Below the pieces are notes generated by a model. The model saw nothing but the letters and a program-made list of their open reading frames with translations, did no database searches and was not told where the DNA came from. A program made the position numbers and the translations under genes. Source: the human T2T-CHM13v2.0 reference genome, Homo sapiens. From it: a stretch of 64,000 nucleotides of DNA. This document shows positions 1 to 14,560 of this stretch, piece by piece (the stretch's first letter is position 1; each line of letters opens with the position of its first letter). The stretch lies in the NCBI RefSeq assembly GCF_009914755.1, contig NC_060936.1. One strand, 5' to 3'.

Positions 1-84
1 CTGAAAAATAACCAGATTGCAAATCATATTTTTTTAATCAAACCCATGTAAAGGCTTCTGGTTCACATTTCAAGGGTAAGTTCG

Positions 85-385
85 GGCCGGGTGCAGTGGC
101 TCATGCGTGTAATCCCAGCACTTTCGGAGGCCAAGGCAGGTGGATCACCTGAGGTCAAGAGTTCAAGACCAGCCTGGCCAACATGGTGAAATCCCATGTC
201 TACTAAAAATACAGAAATTAGGCAGGAGCGGTGGTGCCTGCCTGTAATCCCAGCTACACGGGAGGCTGAGGCAACAGAATCGCTTGAACTGGGAGGCGGA
301 GGTTGCAGTGAGCAGAGATTGCACCACTGCACTCCAGCTTGGGCAGCAGAGCAAGACTCTGTCTCAAAAAAAAAAAAAAAAAAAA
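85..385 (+). mobile_element. Alu (AluS-like), STAB2 last intron
   Basis: Full dimeric Alu with poly(A) tail. Confidence 0.95.
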
Positions 386-850
386 GGGAGGTGGTAAGTT
401 CAGCTAAATTACATTTGTTAACTAAGTACTGTTATGCTGAAATCACCTTCATTTAAAAAGCAGAAACAAATGCATACATCCTCTCCAATGCACCCCATGC
501 CTTCCCTGTTGTCTGTCCCCTTCTGAGGGCTCTATCAGCACCATGCATGAAAGATTTACCTGAGGCAGGTGAGAAAGTAGCCTAAATGCAGGATTCAGCT
601 AAACCTACTATTCAGACTACATGGCAAAAACATTCCAGAATCCTAAGCATAAGGTACCAGCTTACAAAGTGACGTGCTACATTCTCACGCCTTTGACACT
701 ATTTTTAGTGACTCCAGACACATTTACCACCACTAGTTTTACCCATGAAAAGCCATTTCTAGCATCTATTATGCTAATTGACAAAGCCTGGGTGCCAGTC
801 AGAGCTAAAGTCAGCAGAAGGCTTGGCATGGCCACCTCTAGAGTGTGGCC

Positions 851-1132
851 TTTTTTAGGCAGGGTCCTGGTGTGTCACGCAGGCTGGAGTGCAGCGGCAC
901 CATCAGGGCTCACTGCAAGCCTCAGGTGATCCTCCCACCTCAGCCTCCCGAGTAGCTGGGCCTACAGGCATGTGCCACCTAATTTTTGTATTTTTTGTAG
1001 AGATAAGGTTTCACCGTGTTGCTCAGGCTGATCTCGAACTCCGGCTGATCTCGAACTCCTGAGCTCAAGTGATCCGCCTGCCTCAGCCTCCCGAAGTGCT
1101 GGGATTACAGGCGCAAGCCACCATGCCCGGCT
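851..1132 (-). mobile_element. Alu (old, AluJ-like) with 17-bp internal duplication ggctgatctcgaactcc
   Basis: Reverse-complement Alu. Confidence 0.9.
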
Positions 1133-1576
1133 GAGCGGGGTTTCTATTACACTCTCTCAGGCACTCAAGAGCCACCACTAGTTCAAGATGAATTTTCAAA
1201 CCGAAAGGAGTTTTTATAATATTATTAGACACCTTTTGTGAGGTGCTTATACCTTGCTAAATGTAGGCTCTAATTTAATCCTCCTACCTCCCTGTGAGGT
1301 ATATTATGACCCTTTGTAGATGAAGAAACTGCAGCCGAGTTGGGATGATTTGTCTTGGGCCACCCAGCTTCAAGCAGGAGAGACTAAAACAGGTGGCCCT
1401 ACCCCCAGCCCATCCTGCCTCCCAACACAAGGCAGCAGCACAAACAAACACGCCCAGCACATACGTGTTCACAGTGCTCAGGGAGAGTCATGCCTCAGAC
1501 CAGTGGCCACCAGAAAGATTCAACTAGGACTCAACACACAGAATGCCCTGCCCCCTTACAACCCTCTCTTTTCCAG

Positions 1577-1627
1577 GACTCTGAAGAACGGCAGCTTGAG
1601 GGCAATGACCCCTTGAGGACACTGTGA
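1577..1627 (+). CDS. STAB2: Stabilin-2 (HARE) final coding exon, C-terminus DSEERQLEGNDPLRTL*
   Basis: Pyrimidine tract and acceptor ctctcttttccag| end at 1576. Phase-0 translation GAC TCT GAA...ACA CTG TGA matches my recollection of the human STAB2 C-terminus. Convergent neighbour NT5DC3 fits the known 12q23.3 gene order. Confidence 0.93.
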   Translation, partial: DSEERQLEGNDPLRTL

Positions 1628-2010
1628 GGGCCTGGACGGGAGATGCCAGCCATCACTCACTGCCACCTGGGCCATCAACTGTGAATTCTCAGCACCAGTT
1701 GCCTTTTAGGAACGTAAAGTCCTTTAAGCACTCAGAAGCCATACCTCATCTCTCTGGCTGATCTGGGGGTTGTTTCTGTGGGTGAGAGATGTGTTGCTGT
1801 GCCCACCCAGTACAGCTTCCTCCTCTGACCCTTTGGCTCTTCTTCCTTTGTACTCTTCAGCTGGCACCTGCTCCATTCTGCCCTACATGATGGGTAACTG
1901 TGATCTTTCTTCCCTGTTAGATTGTAAGCCTCCGTCTTTGTATCCCAGCCCCTAGCCCAGTGCCTGACACAGGAACTGTGCACAATAAAGGTTTATGGAA
2001 CAGAAACAAA
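1628..2010 (+). other. STAB2: STAB2 3'UTR (end approximate)
   Basis: Runs from the stop codon to ~20 nt past the first AATAAA (1984-1989). A GT-rich element (gtgttttgg) follows at ~2028. Confidence 0.75.
1984..1989 (+). terminator. STAB2: STAB2 polyadenylation signal AATAAA
   Basis: cac-AATAAA-g, ~360 nt after the stop codon. Confidence 0.8.
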
Positions 2011-2168
2011 GTCAACAGAACAAACCTAGTGTTTTGGGACTGCACCAGAGGAGGAGTTGAACTCTGAAGGCAAAATCCACTTCCTGGGGCCTTTTCAATC
2101 AATCAGACACCAGCCTTATAAATTCTTCTGAATTTGGTTGTGTTTGCTTCTTTAAGAAGACATGATAA

Positions 2169-2859
2169 TCATAATGAGATGTCACTTCACACCCACGAGG
2201 ATGGCTAGAATCAAAACAGTAACACGTATTGGAAAGGATGTGGAGAAAATAGAACCCTCATACATTGCTGGTGGCAATCCAAAATAGTACAGCCACTGTA
2301 GAAAACAGTTTGGCAAAAAAATAAGTTAAACACAGAGTTACCATATGACCCAAAAATGCCACCCCTAGGTATATATCCAAGAGACAGAAATCAAGATATG
2401 TCCGTACAAAAACTTGTACATGCATCTTCACAGTAGCATTATTCATAAAAGCCAAAAAAATGGAAACAACTCGAATGTCCATCAGCTGAAAAATAAATGA
2501 AGCTGTGGTATTCCAAACAATAAAACATTTAGCCCTAAAAAATGAAGTACTGATACATGCAATAGTTCAGATGAACCTTGAAAACATTAAGAAGCCGGTC
2601 ACAAAGGACCACATATCATATGATTCCATTTATATGAAATGGCTAAAATAGGCAAATTGATGATTGATAGAGACAGAAAGTAGGTTGATTGCCAGGGGAA
2701 TGAGGAGTGACTGCTAATGGGTATGGGGTTTCTTTTTTGGATGATGAGGAATTCGATAGCAGTGACGGTCGTACTACCTTATGAATATACTAAGAAACAC
2801 GAAATTGTACACTTTAAAACAGTGAATTTCATGGTATGCTGTTTGTTAGTTATATCTCA
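2169..2859 (+). mobile_element. L1 3' fragment (L1MB-like)
   Basis: L1M ORF2-end/3'UTR-like text (ttaccatatgaccca, tatgattccatttatatgaaat). Flanked by the 15-bp direct repeat AAGAAGACATGATAA. Confidence 0.85.
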
Positions 2860-3091
2860 AAGAAGACATGATAACTAAATAATACATCATCTTTCCAAAT
2901 ATTACAGGTGAGCTGGCTTTGGGGTCTTTTAAATACAATTAACCTGCCAAAGAATGTTGAAGATGCCCCTCCCATTTGGACACACTGCAAGAGTGATTGA
3001 TTTGCACCGAGACCCCTTCCTTCAGAAGGCAAAGGGAAACCTTGGCCTGGGTATTAGCCAGGTGTTAGGCACAGTTAAAATTAACACTTGA

Positions 3092-4461
<1,370 letters not shown>

Positions 4462-6171
4462 TTACTTAATAGTTAAGGGAAAAACTTCAACATCACAAGT
4501 TTGTTGAGGATGAAGTATCAACTGTATGCAGGCCTTACCGTAGCAGACTGAGGACCCGAAAACACAACTCCACATTAGCTTAGACAGCACGGCAGGTTTA
4601 CTGTTAGCTGTTACTGGAAGACCCAGAAGAGGGCAGCCTCAGGGTTGATTCCACTCAGAGCCTCGAAGACATCATCGAAGACCCAGTGTCTTCCCACGCT
4701 GCCCTCTGAGTGCACCTACAGCAGATTTCCTCGAGGGGATAAAGTGGCTTTGTCAGTTCCATAGAGTGTTACACTCAGGAGAGAGCCTCTCATAGGAGCT
4801 GGCTCAGAACAGTGAGGAACTTTCTTTCCTAGAAATGCCCTTCCCCCCAACACACACACACAAACTTGCCCTAGAGTCTGAAGATGCCACATTCCACTGG
4901 CACAGGCAAAGGGGATGGGGGATCACCCAGATGGGCTTAGCCTACTCAGGCCCACCCAACCAACTTCTCGCAATAACTGTGTGCCCTTGTTAGTGTTCCT
5001 GAAACTCCTGGGGCACAAATTATTTTGCACTGTAGCCTGTCACATGAGGTAATATGAGCCAATCCCCAGCAGGCCCTCAGCATGGGGTGCAGTGCACTAG
5101 TGTTGAATTACTTCCCCTTCCCACCTCTTGACAACTCGGTTCCCCACTCCTGAGCCCTGAGGCAAACACCAGCGGAAAACTCCGTCCCCAACACACGTGC
5201 CCTGCATGGAGCAGGGTCTTTGCTATGTCCAGTTCCAGAACAGCGCAGGGCACAGAGCAGGCCCTAGGCAAATGGAGCTTGGAGGAGTGCCGGGTCAGTG
5301 GGACCCATGCAGACAACTGCCCCTCTCATGGTCCAGGCTCCTTGTTACTGCCCAGCTGGTGGACCCAGGATGCAGGGTGGGAGGCTACAGCTGTTGGCCA
5401 CCCCAGCTGACTGCCACTAACGCCAGAGGCGCAGCTATTCAGAAAGATATATGGACTGAGCCTCTACCCAACATCTCTTCTTGTCTTACGAGCAGGGAGG
5501 AAAAGATCACCTCACCCAACTACTTACAAAGAAATTCTGAAACATTTTTAACGACAAATGTGTTAGCTTGTTAATTGCTAGAATTACCTTAGAAGAAAAG
5601 GCATGTGAGAGGAGTGACCAGGGATGACAATTTGCCTCAACTTCCCATACCTGATATTTTTGCTGAGGAGGAAAGTAATGCGAAGGATTGGGGCAGGCAG
5701 GCTCAGCCTCTCGGCAGGACTTCCTGGAGGGGCCTGCATGGATGTGCAGCCACGAGGCAGTTTCTCTAAATCTGCAGTTCTTGACCCAGAGCACCTGCTC
5801 CTTGGCGACATGAAAAGTAATTCATAGAAAACATGGCCTATCCTCACACGATTTTTTTTAATCAGTGTAATATTCTACACTTCCATTCACTGAAAGAAAA
5901 CAGTTTATAATGCATCTTTAAGGAAGTATGCTTAGATTTGCCTTTTAAAGCTATACATGTAAACCTGTCATTAAAAAATAAATGAGTGAAGAATTAGAAA
6001 TGTATATATAATGTTCTATAACAGAAAGACAAAGTAACTTACAATAAAATACATACTTGGTAAAATCTCAGCTACAATTCCAATAGAAGACACAATGAAG
6101 ACAATTATAATTGCTTAAAACAAATTTGGATCTTAGAAAATATTTGACTAATGAGTTTTTAAATAATTGAC

Positions 6172-6466
6172 TTTTTTTTTTTTGAGACAGGGTCTCACTC
6201 TGTCACCCAGACTGGATTGCAGTAGCTCAATCATGGCTCACTGAAGCCTCAACCTTCTGGGCTCAAGTGATCCTCCAGCCTCAGCCTCCCAAGTAGGTGC
6301 TGCTATAGGCACCCATCACCAAACCCAACTAATGTGGTTTATTTTTTGTAGAGATGGGGTTTCACTATGTTACCCAGGCTGGTCTCAAATTCCTGAGCTC
6401 AAGCAATCCTCCCACCTTGGCCTCCCTAAGTGCTAGGATTACAAGCATGAGCCACTGCACCTGGCT
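6172..6466 (-). mobile_element. Alu (AluJ-like)
   Basis: Reverse Alu with poly(T). Confidence 0.92.
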
Positions 6467-6489
6467 GACATTTTAAAATAAAGGTTAAG

Positions 6490-6851
6490 TGCTATGGTCT
6501 GAATGTTTGTGACCCCCAAAATTCCTGTGTTGAAATCTTTACCCCCAAGGTGATAACACTAGGAGGGTGGTAAGTGAGCCTGTAAGCCTTTGGGAGGTGA
6601 TTAAGGGGGAGGGGCATCCTGAAAGGGATTAGTGCCCTTATAATAGAGGCCTCAGAGAGCTCCCTCAACCTATCTACCATGTAGAAGTCACCATCTGTGA
6701 ACCAGGAAACAGGCCTCACCAGACACCAAATCTGCCGGCACCTTGATCTTGGACTTGCCAGCCTCCTGGGCAGTGAGAAGTAAATTTCTGTTGTTTATAA
6801 GCTAAATCAGCATATGGTATTTTGTTATAGCAGCATGAATGGACTCAGACA
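6490..6851 (+). mobile_element. MaLR solo LTR (MLT1A-like)
   Basis: Starts tgctatggtctgaatgtttgt and ends ggactcagaca, typical MLT1A/MST termini. Confidence 0.8.
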
Positions 6852-7184
6852 GTAAGTACAGTCTTACATACGTGCGTCTATATAATCTTCATGGAAATGA
6901 CCAGTAGAAATGCAGACTGACACGGGTGTGATTCACGACTCAAATACCAGGAGTGGCCTCCTGTGGAGGATGTGCTCTTCTGAAATGACGAACAATTCCT
7001 TATAAAGCTCTGAATAAGATGAAGTCAAAATCTTCCTTTGGTTTACATATAGCTGCATTCCTGGAAAATTCAGTATGTTAAAATTATGTCACAAAAATTT
7101 TTTGTGGTTACCTATAAAAGAGTTTCTAGGCTTAGAAAATTATAAACATGTTTCCACCTACATGAATTGTATCACGTAGATTTA

Positions 7185-7386
7185 TGTGTAGACAGGGGAC
7201 CATGCTTCAGTGTACTGGGCTCTCCCTTACAATGCAGGGGGTCTAACATGCCTGGTCCCTGCCCTCAAAATACTAGACATCCCCTCCCCATCACTGCAAA
7301 ACCCAAGCACCCTGCAACCCACCTCTCCCCACATCTCCAGATTGTCCCCAGGGGGCACTGCTGGCCAAGGTTGGGAATCACCACTG
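7185..7386. mobile_element. MER20-like hAT MITE (degenerate)
   Basis: End resembles MER20 (ctccagattgtccccagggggca...ggttgggaatcaccactg). Confidence 0.55.
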
Positions 7387-8053
7387 GGGACGGAGGGAAA
7401 GGCTGGGTTGAGCTGAGCTCAGGCTCTCCTCTCTGCTGCCTTCACTGCCCAAATAACTGCATTCCACATCGTCGGGATTTCTGCTGAGCCAAGCCCAAAG
7501 TTCTGGAAGCCCCAAGTGTCTTATAAGCTCGTTCACAACTCCAGGAAAGAGAAGCAGCCCATATTTCAGGCAGAGGAGCAGGCTGTCATTTCCTCTTAGA
7601 TGACATGCCAAGTTTCCAGAAAATCGCCCCCAAAAAATCAATATGGGACAGATTTGCTAGTGAGTCCACCAACACCCACCATCACAGGTACACAAAGGCA
7701 GGTGATCGAAGGGAGGAAAAAAAAGATATCCATGGGAGGAATGACAGTCTTCAAGCTCTGAAAACAAGTGGGTGTGCTTGCTGTGGGTGGGGGGAGATGG
7801 GGGTAGTGAGAAGAAATCTTTGGGCTTTCCCCAAAAAAGGTTATCCCTTCTCTCAGGGATAAACTTTTTGAAGTCCCTTAGAATTTTTTTTAATCCAAGA
7901 TCTCCTTTATCTATTTTTGTAGAAATAACCTCAAGTCCTGGAAAAAAATGCCTTTTTAGAAAACGATACTGTGGATTCATCAGAATTTAACGTGGCAGAC
8001 TTAAGCACACAAAATAGGTGACTGACAATAAACCAGATGATACAATTCAAACT

Positions 8054-8059
8054 TTTATT
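8054..8059 (-). terminator. NT5DC3: NT5DC3 polyadenylation signal AATAAA
   Basis: TTTATT on the + strand. The minus strand reads AATAAAagtttgaattgtatCAtctggtttattgtcagtcacctattttgtgtg (CA cleavage site, then GU/U-rich DSE). Confidence 0.75.
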
Positions 8060-8261
8060 TGGCAATAAGTTCAGAGTCACATAACACATAAAATCAACAT
8101 TTAAAATAAATAGCAAATTCACATCTAGAATAAATAGGTCTGCCTAATTTGCATTAATTGTGCCTGATATCATACAGGCACAATCTGTCATTCCATGAGA
8201 TAACTGGAAAAGTCTCCAAAGTCAGAGTTCAAACCTGCAGGACTGAAAACACACAGAAGCA

Positions 8262-8685
8262 CTGTCGCAGGTTGGGTTCCCCGAAAGCAGATACTGAGGT
8301 GGAGAATGGCGTGCAGGAAGGTTCATAGGACAGTGCTGTGGGCTGAGCCGGCTGGGTACAGGCTTGTCAGGGAGAGGCACTGGGCTGTAATGTGGCCACA
8401 ATGAGGTCTCACTGACCCCACAAGGGGCTCTGGAGCTGGGATGGCCCCAGAGGGTTTCCCAAGTTGGGGTGAGGAGGCCAGCCCTTTGTACCCCATATGG
8501 AGCCGGTAAGGGTTACAGGCAGGAAGGGGGTATGATCTGGGGCAGGCAGGGCTCTTCAGCAGGGGAAACTCCTCATAAGGGCTGGAAGTAAATGGCCAGC
8601 CAGCAGCACTCCCAGCTGTTAGGGGAGTATGTCCTTCAGTCTGGAAAGGTCATCCGGGCAGCTGAGCTCAGCACCCAGCACTAGC
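8262..8685 (-). mobile_element. ERVL-type solo LTR (LTR16-like) inside the NT5DC3 3'UTR
   Basis: tgtcgcaggttgggttccccgaaagcagatactgag...gctctggagctgggatggccc resembles the reverse LTR16 consensus. Confidence 0.55.
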
Positions 8686-8918
8686 ACAATTACAAACTAA
8701 TGCAATGAGAGGTATATTCAACAAGTGTCTGAGCCTGATGGCTCAAGTACACACACTGGCCATACATGTAACTATGCCCAGGAAGTAGCTCAGAGGGAAT
8801 ACAGTGCACTTATTACCTACAGAACTTTCTCCTCTCTGCATCCCAGCTATAAGGTTATTCATCTGCATGTTCTCAGCAAGGGAATCTTGCCATTGCCGCC
8901 AACACAATCCATTAGAGC

Positions 8919-9102
8919 AGGGGCTAGCAAGCCACAGCCTGAGGACCAAATACAGCCCACAGCTTGTCTTGGTAAACCAAGTTGTGCTGGAACACAGCCA
9001 TGACCATGGTCATTCCCACAGTAGTAGTAGCAAAAGCAAACAGCCCAAAAAGCCAAAAATACTTCCTATCTGGCCTTTTACAGGAAAAGTTTGCTGACCC
9101 TG
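8919..9102. mobile_element. MER58A-like hAT MITE in the 3'UTR
   Basis: TIR-like ends caggggctagcaa...tttgctgaccctg and internal ctatctggccttttacaggaaaag. Confidence 0.75.
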
Positions 9103-9135
9103 CATTAAGGGTACTTCATTCCCTACCCTTTCTTG

Positions 9136-9270
9136 AATGCACTAGCAGTGTCAAAGGTTAGCTGAACTTTGAGCTAAGCTCCTAAATGACACTAGTAGTG
9201 TCAAAGATTACTGTTACTAAATGACACTAGTAGTGTCAAAGGTTAGCTGAACTTTGAGCTAAGCTCCTAA
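9136..9270. repeat. Local triplication with palindromic core
   Basis: cactag(c/t)agtgtcaaag occurs 3 times, and a ~46-bp unit occurs twice. Confidence 0.9.
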
Positions 9271-10130
9271 GGCAAAAAAGAAAGAAAGAAAAACCTGGTA
9301 CAAAAGAAAGTCGATATTAAGAAGGCAAAATGTAAGTTCTCTATTAGTTGAACAGAGCAATCAAGGAACCCTGTGTCTGGCCAAATTTCGTCTTAGAGCA
9401 TTCTAGACAAGGAGCCCCAAGTGGTCTTTGGCAGCAAATGAGCAGGCAGAAAAGTGGAATTCAGTTCCAGTATTTAGCCCAGTCTCTGCTGCTTAAAAGG
9501 CCTTTTGAGAAGAGGACAGAAGAAAAGCCACTTAGTTTGCCCAAAGCTAAATTAACTAGGACCACAAGACTACTTTTCAATTCTCCTTTGCAATAATTAA
9601 GAGTGCCAATGCATTCAAAGCAACTAGTAATTGTAGTCTGTAATATGCCCAAATCAGTAGCAAGTGGTTTATGTTACATAATATTAATGGGAATAGCAGA
9701 AAATAGTGCCGAAGGGTAAAATGTTTTAAAAAACAGACAGGCACTATGTTAGGGGGAAAGTGGGAGCTCTAAGCCAAACAACTAAAGTATTTCAAAAGCC
9801 ACGTTTCACCCGTAAAAACAACACTGGAAAAAGAAAATCAGCTGTGCAAGTCCCTTCCAAAGGGACCTCCATGGGCCTTGCTGGACTGTCATATTTGTGA
9901 TGGCTGCTGCCCTGGACTCATCATTGTTCACATAATTCTTAGAAAATCAGTCAAACAATATTAAACAGTAATTTTTAAATGTTCAAGCTATTTTTGTTTG
10001 CTTTACAACACAATTTTTTAAATGGCTGAAAACAGATTCGTTTCCCTTGTACCAATATGCATTCATCAATGTGCACATCAGAGAACAAAACACCCAGTGC
10101 AGTGTGCCAGATCCCAGTTGAGTCATGATA

Positions 10131-10436
<306 letters not shown>

Positions 10437-10455
10437 GAGAAAAGAGTCATGACGA

Positions 10456-10759
10456 GGCCAGGCATGACAGTGGCTCACACCCAGAATCCCAGCACTTTGG
10501 AAGGCTGAGGTGGGCAGAACACTTGAGGCTAGGAGTTTGAGACCAGCCTGGCCAACATGGTGAAACCCCATCTCTATTAAAACTACAAAACTTGGCCAGG
10601 CCTGGTGGCATGTACCAGTAGTCCCAGCTACTCGGGAGGCTGAGGCACGAAAATTGCTTGAACCTGGGAGGCAAGAGGTTGCAGTGAGCCGAGATCACAC
10701 CACTGCACTCCAGAATGGGCAACAGAGCGAGACCTTGCCTCAAAAAAAAAAAAAAAAAA
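10456..10759 (+). mobile_element. Alu in the NT5DC3 3'UTR (antisense to the mRNA)
   Basis: Full Alu in tandem with the previous one. Confidence 0.95.
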
Positions 10760-11992
10760 GTCATGACAGCGACAAGTTAAAATCTGTCCTGACTGAGTAT
10801 ATACAAGGATTAATAATAAAGTGGGATGTGCCTCCATCGTTCACATGGGAATGACTGTGTTTGGCCCCGTTACCGCCACGACATGGGTCTACAGTCTGCA
10901 AGGTACACAGTCAGTGAGCCTTGGTGGCCCAGATGCCAGGCTTCTGTCACATGGGAGATCTCAACACTGCCAAGCTCAATGGCCCAGAGACTGAAATTCT
11001 TCTAACTGGGAATTGATTACAAAACTCATTATTCATACCCAGAAAATGTTTTTCTCCTTCAAAGCTTAGGTCACCTAACGTGAACACTCATGGAAACAGG
11101 TTTTAAAAATAGTTCTACTTCATTCTTGAGTAAACAAAACACCCTATAACTGGCACCTGGTAGGTAATCAATGAATATCTGATTAGATAAAAACCAAGAA
11201 TTATTTTTAAGCAACACCTACTTCCTGAATCTGCTTCTCCAAAGCAGAAACTTGAAGCCAAGAACACCAGCGCATTCTTTTAGAACCCCGACACCGAGCA
11301 GTTCTGGGCGTAACACACGCCCATTAAGTGTCAGCCTCCAATACACCCTGATGGCGAAAACACCTAGAAGCAAGCAAACAATAAACAAAATGCCTACCCT
11401 GTTCCAAAAAAAGAACATACTACTGTGCCTTACTGTGTTCATAACAAAATGTAGAAGAAAAGATGGGGAGAAGCCTTATTGGATCTAAAGGGTCACCTTC
11501 ACCATTATAGTTAAATACAGCCAAATATCACAAGTACATTCCAACTATAACAAGCAGCATTACAAAGGATGCTATATAACTCATTAAGTTTCTGCCATCT
11601 GGCAAGGAGCCCATGGAATGCCAGACTTGGATTTCATCAATAGATGGTTACATACATTTATCACAATAAAAATGTTGAATAAGCAAGCACTCTCCACAAG
11701 CTCCCCTCATGTTCCTGCCATCCTTTAGATTTAAGAATATATACAAGTTACCGCAAAAGCTTAAAATGAGTTTTAGCAATACTAGATCAGGCTAATCTGA
11801 ACAGAAGTATTGATATAGCATATGCAATTAAAACAGTATTAGCAGCCCCATAACTAATAACAGCAGACATTCCCATAGCACTCAGAGAGTGCAGTAAATA
11901 TGCACTTTACATTGAAGGATACTACAAATGCAGGTGCAATTAAGGATTCTTCCCTCCAACAAAAGGAATACATGCCACTTGCATTGCCCCTA

Positions 11993-12382
<390 letters not shown>

Positions 12383-13555
12383 TTAGACATCTAAAAAAAA
12401 ACAAAACAAAACAAAAAAAAAAAAACAAACTATACAAACTCCCAAATAGTCGCACAAACATCACAGGAGTGAAATCTAAGAGAAGGCTGGACATGGCTAA
12501 GTTGTGGTGGCCATCTTCCTCCTCCCCTGGCCAATCCAAGCACCTCTCAGTTGGTAACTCATTAGAGAGAAGCCAGGATCTTGTTTGTTTCCATCTAGAC
12601 AAAGGACTGTTTCTGGTAAATCTCATGTTTTAACAGGATTCCAATTCAACTGGGTGGGTGGCATGGCATAGCATTTCATGACAAAGATGCTTTTTCCTGG
12701 TTCATTTTCTTTCTTCCAATGAGCAGATGAAACCAACTCAGGTGGTGTTTCCAGGTTTAACAAGCTCCTGGGAGACCTACCACAAATGTTTTGGTTCTTC
12801 AAACCCACTCGTTTCTTGCAGAAGGCTCTATAGAAGGCTGTTCCACTAGCTGGCAGGTTTTGACCAGAGCTCTCATCTCCTCTCTCCTGCCCTGGGGAAG
12901 GACGCAGGAACCACACACTGAGGACAAAAGGGTCCAGGAGTTGCAGCTTCTCTTGTTCTTTCTCACTTAAGTCCTTCCAGGGAGGCTGTGTTCTATTTGA
13001 TGTGATGTGCCAGAATGTCAAAGCCTTAGTACCAAATGATTTGGGAACTGGCCATCACCTGGGGAACCTCTCTGCCACTCACAGCAGCGTTTTACCATTG
13101 TGGAGCCCACGAAATCAGCCTTCTGGAAGCAGCTAATCTTTGCCCATCACTGTGCCCCTGCAGTTCCCAATGCATAGCCCGTAAATGTTCAGGAAATGTT
13201 CCATGGAGGAGTCAAGAACGGTTTCAAGCTTGACCTGCTAGAATACAGACATGGCATCAAGTGGTCTCACCTATCCCAGGAAACCTGATGTTCCAGGACC
13301 TCAGTAAACAAAAAGGCAAAATCAGAGTTCCAATGTGAAGCTTGCCTTTCAGCCCTGCATGGGGGGAAAGGCTGGAGGGGTGGGCTGCTAGCTCCTGTCT
13401 TAATCATTGGGAGAATTATTCTCCGTAAGGTACAAAATAAATATCAAAAGGCTTATCTGTATCTTTTCCAAAAGCAACACTCAGACCCACATGAAGTCAA
13501 CCCCATCATGCCTGCCCAATCAGGGGCAGTTACAGTTTCTAGTTTTTGCCCTTGG

Positions 13556-13972
<417 letters not shown>

Positions 13973-13975
13973 CTA

Positions 13976-14560
<585 letters not shown>

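Noticed and set aside
63-456. Alu-derived ORFs here and throughout (e.g. 3270, 10447, 11990, 13973, 18465, 22417, 26378, 33005, 37128, 54200)
   Set aside because: Classic Alu translations ([24 protein letters not shown]), not genes.
1613-1624. PDZ-binding motif at the STAB2 C-terminus (LRTL)
   Set aside because: Position -2 is Arg rather than Ser/Thr or a hydrophobic residue, so it does not fit class I or II.
9136-9270. CRISPR-like repeat-spacer array
   Set aside because: Only three degenerate repeats, the longer inter-repeat segment recurs verbatim, the context is a human 3'UTR, and there are no cas genes.
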